Positions 27,699 to 34,482 of a stretch of 42,792 nt of DNA are shown here, one piece after another; the first letter of the stretch is position 1; every line of letters starts with the position of its first letter. Origin of the DNA: a virus; the IMG/VR virus record IMGVR_UViG_3300047335_000010, positions 1-42,792 of that record, one strand, 5' to 3'. A model generated the notes under the pieces. The model worked only from the letters and a program-made list of their open reading frames with translations. It was not told the origin of the DNA and did no database searches. A program made the position numbers and the translations under genes.

Positions 27699-29951
27699 TC
27701 ATTTTGAGTAACGTTTCGCACGCCAGCCGCCGCGAGCGACGACCGGCCAATTTTTCGCCCACATGGGCATCGTTGACATAATCCGTTCGACTTCCTCAAC
27801 ACTTCCGTAACCTTCCTGCACTTCGACGACGATTTCATCGTGTACGTGCAACACGACCGGATACCCGGCCGCTTCAAGATTAATGATTGCGTGCGCCAAG
27901 ATATCGCGCGCGGTCGCCTGTACGACATTTTCCGTTAATTTACCGCCGTACGTTTGCATACGAATCCAGCCGACCGCGCCGTATTTCGGATTACTATTCC
28001 AGCCCTCGAACGATAATTCACGCGTACCCGCGCGCCGTTCACTCGGGCATAACCTAGGCTTGTGATAGACGAGACTTCGACCGGACAGTAGTTGACAATA
28101 GAGCACGTCACGGTTGACAAAGTAGACGATGCCGTTATGGCTAAAGCGCATCCCGGGGTTAAGCACGGCCTGTATCGCCGCGCCTTCAAGGCCGAAAAAC
28201 CGATCCGATTTCCAATCCGGCTGGCCGCCCCAAAATTGCACGATCGCGGGCGATGCGTCACGCCATGCGAGGATCGCGCGTTTAATTTCTTCGTCGGTTA
28301 GAAATTCGTCCGCGCCGAACGCTTTCCAGCCGCCGATCCAAGAGCCATAGCCGGACGCGAGCGCGGCGGTTTTCCCAAGTTTTCGCTTAGGGTGGTGCGC
28401 CTTGTGCGTTGCTTTAAAAGTGTCAAATTCTTCGAACGGAATTCCCGTTAGCTTACTTGCAGTCATTTCGTAGATTTTACCGTGTGTACGAAATACTTCG
28501 ATTTGCCATTGTTCGCAGGCGAGCATGGCAAGGACAATTGCTTCAATGGATGCGTAATCGCTGCATATGAAATCGTGACCGGACGCGGGGATAAACATTC
28601 CGCGAAGGCAACCGGAGACGGTCGAGATCGCATTTCCGAAAAAATACTCGACGCAATCAAGATTACGCGTCGCAATTACTTCGAGGGCGTCTTCAACCGC
28701 TTTTGTATTCCAATCCTTATGTTGCGGGCATTTCGAACCGCACCACGGACAAAGATCGAGATTAATCGAGCTATATTTTCCACATGTGCATAGAGATACA
28801 GGGTCGCCAGAATTAGGCAAATTTTGAGGCTGGACGCCAGCGCCCGCCGCGCGGCCTGTCCGCGCTGAATGATATATGAATAGGCCATGAATACGCTCTT
28901 TGGATGTTGCCGTGTAAGTCATAGCATATAATTTTTTAACCGAGGACGATCCGATTAATTGCCGAATCTCAAGAGCTCGTCGGGGGTCAGGAGTCAAGTG
29001 CTCCCATTCCAGAATTTTAGTAACATTGTCATCGTCGAGCGTTTCGACGTGTATGCCGTGAGAACCAAGCCATTTAATTAAGCGGGCGATCTCGGACGCG
29101 GATTTGACTTCCCCGTTCGTAATATTCGTAAGTTCGTCGTTATAACGGTGATACGCTTCCTCGATCACAGCGATACAATCTGACACCGCTTTCGTATCGA
29201 TCGCGACGCCGCGAGCGTTAATGCGTTGATCGGCGAGCCAGAATTCAAGCTCGGACGGAATAAGGTCGGGCACCCGGGACGAGATTTCCGCTTCGGTTTC
29301 AATATCCTTGATGTTGTACGCGTAAAGCTTCGCGGCATCGTGGGGGTCGTCTATGGGACGAATACGCCTGCGGTCGTCTTTCTTTGTCGGGTCGCGCGGA
29401 ATACTAAACTTCGTCAACAGCCGTTTGCCGTCTTTGTCTTTCGTCGCGACCGTCTTCAATACGTCCCCGGCCGCCGCCAATGCCCCGGGCAGGCCGAACG
29501 CGCGCGCCTTGCTCATGGCACAGCGTAATTGCTCAAGCGGCAATGGCGGCCAACCATAGCGCCGCACACAAATATTATTCCATACGAGGTATTCAAACAT
29601 GGAATTCCACGCTTCCAGAAGGCCGCCGTCTTGAACGTGACACCATAAAAGCCAAGGCGGTGGATCGGACGGTATCCAAAGCTGGCGACCGAGACCGTCT
29701 TTAAGATCGTACGCGCAGCTTAATACTTCCGCGTCCGGGTGTTCGGTATATACCGCAGCGCCAACGGCCGGGAGGCCTTTAACGTTTGCACCGTGCGGCG
29801 GTTCAAAATACCGGCCGTCATTGTTCCATATGAAACCTGCGGGGGAATATGTTTCGAAATCGATATCTGCGAGTACGGTCGCATGGCTATTGCCAGCTAC
29901 GAGCTTGTGACCGGCGCGCAGGTCGGAGAGAGCGGGTGGCTTCGGTATCAT
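27699..29951 (-). CDS. Family A DNA polymerase with 3'-5' exonuclease domain
   Basis: Exo I DIDFETYS. Pol motif A ICSDYASIEAIVLA, motif B RKLGKTAALASGYGS, motif C VLHVHDEIVVEV. TGR...QPQNLP is also present. Confidence 0.9.
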   Translation of the reverse strand: MIPKPPALSDLRAGHKLVAGNSHATVLADIDFETYSPAGFIWNNDGRYFEPPHGANVKGLPAVGAAVYTEHPDAEVLSCAYDLKDGLGRQLWIPSDPPPWLLWCHVQDGGLLEAWNSMFEYLVWNNICVRRYGWPPLPLEQLRCAMSKARAFGLPGALAAAGDVLKTVATKDKDGKRLLTKFSIPRDPTKKDDRRRIRPIDDPHDAAKLYAYNIKDIETEAEISSRVPDLIPSELEFWLADQRINARGVAIDTKAVSDCIAVIEEAYHRYNDELTNITNGEVKSASEIARLIKWLGSHGIHVETLDDDNVTKILEWEHLTPDPRRALEIRQLIGSSSVKKLYAMTYTATSKERIHGLFIYHSARTGRAAGAGVQPQNLPNSGDPVSLCTCGKYSSINLDLCPWCGSKCPQHKDWNTKAVEDALEVIATRNLDCVEYFFGNAISTVSGCLRGMFIPASGHDFICSDYASIEAIVLAMLACEQWQIEVFRTHGKIYEMTASKLTGIPFEEFDTFKATHKAHHPKRKLGKTAALASGYGSWIGGWKAFGADEFLTDEEIKRAILAWRDASPAIVQFWGGQPDWKSDRFFGLEGAAIQAVLNPGMRFSHNGIVYFVNRDVLYCQLLSGRSLVYHKPRLCPSERRAGTRELSFEGWNSNPKYGAVGWIRMQTYGGKLTENVVQATARDILAHAIINLEAAGYPVVLHVHDEIVVEVQEGYGSVEEVERIMSTMPMWAKNWPVVARGGWRAKRYSK

Positions 29952-30130
29952 TCGGCCGCCTTATAAATTCGTTTTAATTCGAGCCATTCCGTTTCGCCGT
30001 CGTTAAACCGGACGAGACCGAGATTCCATTTCATGTCGATCAATTTCCCTCGGCACGAGTCGTTAGGAATAAGGACGGCGGGTTTTCCGTTACTCGCGAT
30101 CACGACACGATCGCCGATTCGCAGGGTCAT
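29948..30130 (-). CDS. Hypothetical small protein
   Basis: 60-aa ORF with SD GGGAG 7 nt upstream. Its stop overlaps the polymerase start. Confidence 0.5.
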   Translation of the reverse strand: MTLRIGDRVVIASNGKPAVLIPNDSCRGKLIDMKWNLGLVRFNDGETEWLELKRIYKAAE

Positions 30131-30142
30131 TTAATTACTCCC

Positions 30143-30166
30143 AAAAAAAACCCCGGTTGCCCGGGG
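30143..30166 (-). terminator. Rho-independent terminator (minus strand)
   Basis: The minus strand reads CCCCGG-GCAA-CCGGGG followed by TTTTTTTT. It lies between the SSB-like gene and the next gene. Confidence 0.8.
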
Positions 30167-30193
30167 TATAAAAATGTAACTATGGAAGGTTAC

Positions 30194-30224
30194 AGACTAC
30201 CGGGTATTGCTAATAACGTCAATA
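30194..30224 (-). promoter_or_regulatory. Promoter-operator element copy C (TTGACG-17-TAGTCT with dyad TATTG-N10-CAATA)
   Basis: The minus strand reads agTATTGACGTTATTAGCAATAcccggTAGTCT. It is homologous to the elements at 31766..31796 and 34451..34482. Confidence 0.5.
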
Positions 30225-31028
30225 CTAGCCTTGCATTTTCCCGTGTTGGATTAGCATTTCGTCCGTCCAGCCTTGCGCGAGCCATTGTTCATACGTGAAG
30301 CCATTCGCGGCGGGCAACATGACACGACCCGCAGGCGGCGTCAGTATGCCGGGATGTGACGGAGGGACAGGCGCGGCACCAACCGCCGGGTTGAAACCGG
30401 TCGCAGCCGGAGTTGAGCGGACGCCTGCAGGAAGCGGAGACTCGCCGAAACCGATCGTACTCGGGTCAACCCCGTGAACGATACGGTCGCCATAGCCGAC
30501 GAAATTAACGACTTGATGATTCAAGAAAACGCCCGGTTGTTGCGTCGCGCCGTTGGCCGACACGTTCCCGAACACTTGAATGTAATCGCCAAGGTTAATA
30601 AAATCCGGTTCGAGTAGTTGTTTCTTGCCGTTGTCGGTCACTGTCTGAGGTGCGAACCCCGTCGAGAAATTAAGCACCCAATGACGCGGGTATCCTTCTT
30701 TATCGCAGTTACGACGCCCAGCACGGTTCGGGACGGTCGAATCGCCGTCTTGTACCTTCCACGCAAAAAGCGGCAAGTTAGCCTGTCCGCCCGGGAAACC
30801 AGCGTGACCGGCCTTCCAGATTTTAGCGCCCCATTCGGTTTGGTTCCAATGCGATTCGGTACCCTTCTCGATCGCCAACGCGAAATAAAAATCGGTACGT
30901 TGCTGACCCGCATTGACGCCCGTGCGGATCGTGCGGGGCTTACCTTCCGCATCCGTCGTCTGGCCTTCATATAAAGACCCCGCGACCAATCGGCCGACGG
31001 GGGTTAAAATATCAGTTTTGTTTGTCAT
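30225..31028 (-). CDS. Putative ssDNA-binding protein (gp2.5 / DUF2815-like)
   Basis: N-terminus ILTPVGRLVAGSLYEGQTTDAEGKP... It sits between a DUF2800-like nuclease and PolA, as in the common DUF2800-DUF2815-PolA module, and a strong terminator follows. Confidence 0.45.
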   Translation of the reverse strand: MTNKTDILTPVGRLVAGSLYEGQTTDAEGKPRTIRTGVNAGQQRTDFYFALAIEKGTESHWNQTEWGAKIWKAGHAGFPGGQANLPLFAWKVQDGDSTVPNRAGRRNCDKEGYPRHWVLNFSTGFAPQTVTDNGKKQLLEPDFINLGDYIQVFGNVSANGATQQPGVFLNHQVVNFVGYGDRIVHGVDPSTIGFGESPLPAGVRSTPAATGFNPAVGAAPVPPSHPGILTPPAGRVMLPAANGFTYEQWLAQGWTDEMLIQHGKMQG

Positions 31029-31031
31029 GGT

Positions 31032-31283
31032 TTAAGCTCCTAAAAATTGAAATAAAGTTTCGCGGCCGTAGATAGTGAGAATCCCATCCGATACCGATTC
31101 AACGCCATGAGGTACCATGCCGGAATCGTCAGTTATCCAAAAGGGATAAGTAGTAAAATCAAATTTGCGCGCCGTGTCTTCTTCATGCCAGTATGTTTGT
31201 TCGTTAATAATTCCATCTCTCGTCCAGAGAAAAACCCCCGGACGAATCGTTACCATTCCTTCACTTGCTAATTTATGTATCAT
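31032..31283 (-). CDS. Hypothetical protein
   Basis: 83-aa ORF in the leftward operon. Confidence 0.45.
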   Translation of the reverse strand: MIHKLASEGMVTIRPGVFLWTRDGIINEQTYWHEEDTARKFDFTTYPFWITDDSGMVPHGVESVSDGILTIYGRETLFQFLGA

Positions 31284-31298
31284 TTTAAAATCCCCGAT

Positions 31299-31562
31299 TT
31301 ATTGTGCGCAGTTAACGATATGAAAATTTTGTTCTCGGCATCGACTAGACGCGTATTCGTTTTTATCCGCGAGTTTATAGTCTCCCTCTCCGCCGTCTTC
31401 TTCGAACATTTCTTGCTTTACTTTGTCGATAGCCTCTTTTGCGGTTTTGGCTTCTTCAATCCATGTATCGCCATGATCTGAACGTTCTCTTTTAACGTGA
31501 GCGCAACCGCATTTATGAACTTTTATAATGTCGTCAACCAACATAAGATTAAATCTTTGCAT
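31299..31562 (-). CDS. Hypothetical protein
   Basis: I prefer the ATG at 31562 (MQRFNLM...) to the GTG at 31577. About 87 aa, with an acidic central region. Confidence 0.45.
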   Translation of the reverse strand: MQRFNLMLVDDIIKVHKCGCAHVKRERSDHGDTWIEEAKTAKEAIDKVKQEMFEEDGGEGDYKLADKNEYASSRCREQNFHIVNCAQ

Positions 31563-31564
31563 GA

Positions 31565-31729
31565 TTAGATTACCCACGCTTGATTAAGGAAAGACCAAGA
31601 CACGGGAAGTAACGAATCAATATCGTCGTCAGTGCATTCCTTGTTCCGTAGGTCGATCAACCAGCCTTCGCCTATTTGAACTTTCCCAGTCACTTGATTT
31701 CTATAAAATTTATTTTCTTGTAATAGCAT
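31565..31729 (-). CDS. Possible 54-aa protein (not in ORF track)
   Basis: MLLQENKFYRNQVTGKVQIGEGWLIDLRNKECTDDDIDSLLPVSWSFLNQAWVI. GGGG lies 8 nt upstream, and it is the first ORF after promoter-operator copy B. Confidence 0.35.
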   Translation of the reverse strand: MLLQENKFYRNQVTGKVQIGEGWLIDLRNKECTDDDIDSLLPVSWSFLNQAWVI

Positions 31730-31765
31730 TTCTTTTTCCCCACAGTTATTTAAGTTAACGAGGCT

Positions 31766-31796
31766 AGGTTACCCCATATTGACACTAATGTCAATA
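31766..31796 (-). promoter_or_regulatory. Promoter-operator element copy B (TTGACA-17-TAACCT; palindrome TATTGACA-CTAA-TGTCAATA)
   Basis: The plus strand has atATTGACACTAATGTCAATAac at 31776-31798. The minus strand has -35 TTGACA (31794-31789) and -10 TAACCT (31771-31766). Confidence 0.55.
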
Positions 31797-31798
31797 AC

Positions 31799-31990
31799 TC
31801 ACGCACGGCCGTACGGTTCCATACTGATCAAAATTCGTACATACCTTTTAAACCAGTCGAATTGGGACGCAACGCCGGGCAGGTGGCGAACTTCTGCAAG
31901 CGTGACCGTTTGGCCGTCCCGGCGTAGGTAATAGCAACCGCCGATCAGTTCTGCCCACACGTTCTCGCCGAGATATTGCCGCGCCGTCAT
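31799..31990 (-). CDS. Hypothetical protein
   Basis: 63-aa ORF whose start overlaps the upstream nuclease gene stop. Confidence 0.45.
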   Translation of the reverse strand: MTARQYLGENVWAELIGGCYYLRRDGQTVTLAEVRHLPGVASQFDWFKRYVRILISMEPYGRA

Positions 31991-33099
31991 TTATCAAAAA
32001 CCTTCCGCGCCTGTTTTTCGTCGACGGCGGTGAGCTTTAACGCGCCGCGCTGGCGTTCGCAGTAAACTTCGACCAAGGCTTCGTCTATGCCCGCGACGAT
32101 CGCTTGCCGCGGCGTGAGTGCGACGTCCGGCTTCTTAAGGTCGTACCCGAGTAATTCCCCCATTTTTAAGACTTCCCCGACCGGTACGCCCCACGCCAAG
32201 CGGCCGGGCGCGGATTCGAGCGCGAAGAACGGCACGCGGTCGCCCCGACGGATCATGGCGGTCGCTTGTTCTTCGAGCCCCGCGATGCGGGCTTCAAGTA
32301 ACGCCCGGGCGCGTTGCAAGTAACGAAGCTCACCCCCAAGTTGAAATGAGTCGAGCTCAATCGGAATGTTATCGTAGGACGCGTCGGCGGCCACAAGGGC
32401 GGATTGCCGCAGGGTCGGGCAGGCGTGACGGGCGGCACAGTAGTTGCATTCAGGACTAACGCGGGTCGTGGCGATCTCTTGCACGGCTTCCGCTTCGACT
32501 TGCCGAAGGATATCAAAATATATTTCGAGGGTAACAAGCGACGATTTCCATGTGCGGACATTACCGGACGGATGATAAGAGCGGGGCTGGACAATGTGAA
32601 ATACGACGTCGAGGTCATTTGCCGTCAATCCCAGCGGTAACCCGTCGAGAATACCGGCCGCGTATTCGATTAATTGCCAGTTTTCGAAGACTTCGACATA
32701 ACCATGACCGAATTTATAATCGAAAATATGAAGCTCATTTTCTTTCACAAACCAGCAATCGGGCGTCCCGAAACAATCCGGGTGAATGGTCGAGATATCG
32801 ACACGTTCCTCGATGTGTAAAACTGCGCCGCCCCTCACGGCTTCAATTGAATTTTCGTATAGGATGGCACCTTCGATCATTTCGTCGGTAATCGGCTCGC
32901 CATTGGGGGCAACGTGGGGAAACGAATCCATACAATGGACTTGATTAAAACGCCACGCGGCCAGCCAATGCGCCGCCTCGCCTTCACGCGCAGCGGGCGA
33001 TTGTTCGGCAGATTTATATTTTTCCTCAAGCGCGCGGGAACCGGGACAAGCGACCCGGCGCGCAGCCGATGAGGGCGGTAATTTTGAATGTTCGGTCAT
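31987..33099 (-). CDS. PD-(D/E)XK nuclease (DUF2800 / Cas4-RecB-like) with C-terminal Cys cluster
   Basis: The N-terminus HSKLPPSSAARRVACPGS is typical of DUF2800. Core residues appear in IFDYKFGHG, and the C-terminus has a Cys cluster CNYCAARHAC. Confidence 0.7.
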   Translation of the reverse strand: MTEHSKLPPSSAARRVACPGSRALEEKYKSAEQSPAAREGEAAHWLAAWRFNQVHCMDSFPHVAPNGEPITDEMIEGAILYENSIEAVRGGAVLHIEERVDISTIHPDCFGTPDCWFVKENELHIFDYKFGHGYVEVFENWQLIEYAAGILDGLPLGLTANDLDVVFHIVQPRSYHPSGNVRTWKSSLVTLEIYFDILRQVEAEAVQEIATTRVSPECNYCAARHACPTLRQSALVAADASYDNIPIELDSFQLGGELRYLQRARALLEARIAGLEEQATAMIRRGDRVPFFALESAPGRLAWGVPVGEVLKMGELLGYDLKKPDVALTPRQAIVAGIDEALVEVYCERQRGALKLTAVDEKQARKVFDK

Positions 33100-33320
33100 T
33101 TCGGTGCCTCCGGTAATGGTTGCCAGTGAGTTATTTCCCAGTACCCGTCATCGATTAATATTTTTTCCCCGAATGCGTCTTGAAAATAATTGTCTCGCCA
33201 GTCATATACACCGACGCTATAAATTTTTCTTTGATGCGACCAAGAAGCGACTATGTAAGTTCGGAATCCTTCGGGTTGTCTATCTGGAAGTCGATCTTTT
33301 ATATTTATCCAGTCGGTCAT
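33096..33320 (-). CDS. DUF551 protein
   Basis: WINIKDRLP...ITHWQPLPEAP. Confidence 0.7.
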   Translation of the reverse strand: MTDWINIKDRLPDRQPEGFRTYIVASWSHQRKIYSVGVYDWRDNYFQDAFGEKILIDDGYWEITHWQPLPEAPK

Positions 33321-33532
33321 ATAGGAAACTCCGGTAAATATTGCCAGTGAGTTATTTCATGAGGAATATCCGAAAAATAAAAAATAATATCGTCCCATTC
33401 CGTGTATTCACCATTTAAAAAACTGAACGTGGACATAACGACCATATCTTTTTTATCTTGGCAGACAACATGTACAAGAACTTTTTCGCCTACCGGCGGA
33501 TGTTGTTTTTTAATATCGATCCAATTACTCAT
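33317..33532 (-). CDS. DUF551 protein (tandem paralogue)
   Basis: WIDIKKQHPP...ITHWQYLPEFP. Confidence 0.7.
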   Translation of the reverse strand: MSNWIDIKKQHPPVGEKVLVHVVCQDKKDMVVMSTFSFLNGEYTEWDDIIFYFSDIPHEITHWQYLPEFPI

Positions 33533-34419
33533 ACGCTCGTCCCCGCCATATACGTATCGATAAATTCCGAGACGCCCGCGAACAGATCGGGACGGCAGGG
33601 CAGTACTGCAAGGGACGGCATCCCGACGGATTCGACCGCCCGAACGACCGTTTCTTGCGTGATTTTCCCTTGCTGGACGAGCCCGGTTATTTTTTTCATA
33701 AGGGACGGCCAGTCGAGCTCAGGCGCATCGGATTTAAACCCCGCGAATTCGCCACCTTTAACTGGCGCACTTGGCGCACTTGGCGCACTTGGCGCACTTG
33801 GCGCACTTGGCGCACTTGGCGCACTTGGCGCACTTGGCGCACTTGGCGCACTTGGCGCATCGGTCGAGGCGCGTAATTGCTGCGAGATTTCGTCGACTTT
33901 TCGCAAGTCTATCCCGCGCTGGACTTTCCACGTCCCGTCCGCATTCTTACTCTTGGTGCGCGTGTGTATACGGGCGTCCCACGGTAGCCCTGCCGTATCG
34001 AGGTCAACGCCGGTTTTAATCGGACGCGGAACAAGGTCGGGATCAACTGTGAACGGATTGAACGCAGCGTCCGGTAGCCCGGGCGCAGGCGGGGGCGTCA
34101 GGTCGCGGAGCGGTTCGACCGGGGCGGGCATTTTATACGAGGGGACAGGTTTATCGCCTTCGGGTATTAACTCGTTACAACCGTCCGTACTGACGGGTTT
34201 CTCGGAATTAGCTGGGCTAGTTCCGACCGGGGCGGCCATTAACTCGTTGCGCGGAACGATCCCGAGTAGGTAATCGTCGGTATTATCTTTTTTAGCAGCC
34301 GTGAGCGGAACGGGGGCGGGACGTACTTCAGCGCCCGCAATTTTCATCAATAGCGTTGCGACATCGATCAATAGTTGCCTTGGCGCAAGGTGCGGGTCGG
34401 TGATTTCAATTTTAATCAT
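33529..34419 (-). CDS. Pro-rich hypothetical protein with (APS)10 linker; first gene of leftward operon
   Basis: SD GGAGA upstream of the ATG at 34419, and ATGA coupling to the next gene. Contains a GLPWDARIH motif and a perfect APS repeat. Confidence 0.6.
   Translation of the reverse strand: MIKIEITDPHLAPRQLLIDVATLLMKIAGAEVRPAPVPLTAAKKDNTDDYLLGIVPRNELMAAPVGTSPANSEKPVSTDGCNELIPEGDKPVPSYKMPAPVEPLRDLTPPPAPGLPDAAFNPFTVDPDLVPRPIKTGVDLDTAGLPWDARIHTRTKSKNADGTWKVQRGIDLRKVDEISQQLRASTDAPSAPSAPSAPSAPSAPSAPSAPSAPSAPSAPVKGGEFAGFKSDAPELDWPSLMKKITGLVQQGKITQETVVRAVESVGMPSLAVLPCRPDLFAGVSEFIDTYMAGTSV
33764..33860. repeat. Perfect 9-bp tandem repeat GGCGCACTT x10 plus a partial unit, in frame within a CDS
   Basis: Read directly: ten identical units at 33764-33853, then GGCGCAT. 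Confidence 0.95.
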
Positions 34420-34437
34420 TTTCGTTTCTCCAATATT

Positions 34438-34482
34438 TTGACAGTCTCCGAGAGTACCTGTATATTGCTAAAAATGTCAATA
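34438..34482. promoter_or_regulatory. Divergent face-to-face promoter pair with operator copy A
   Basis: Plus strand: TTGACA (34438-43), 17 nt, TATATT (34461-66). Minus strand: TTGACA (34480-75), 18 nt, TACTCT (34456-51). The dyad TATTG-N10-CAATA lies at 34463-34482. Confidence 0.6.

Noticed and set aside
27680-27928. An 82-aa minus-strand ORF overlapping the 3' end of the polymerase gene in another frame
   Set aside because: It lies almost entirely inside the well-supported PolA reading frame. It is Arg/Cys/Ser-rich, like out-of-frame translation, and has no RBS.
33458-34273. A 271-aa plus-strand ORF (GALGALGAL...) antisense to 33529..34419
   Set aside because: It is kept open by the 9-bp repeat and the GC-rich sequence. 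The minus-strand ORF has a GGAGA SD, ATGA coupling to the next gene and fits the operon direction. The plus ORF has no RBS and would run against the whole operon.
34375-34473. The upstream alternative start (34375) for the helicase ORF
   Set aside because: It would overlap the divergent gene start at 34419 and run through both promoters. The conserved helicase N-terminus (LRPYQ) begins right after the ATG at 34474.
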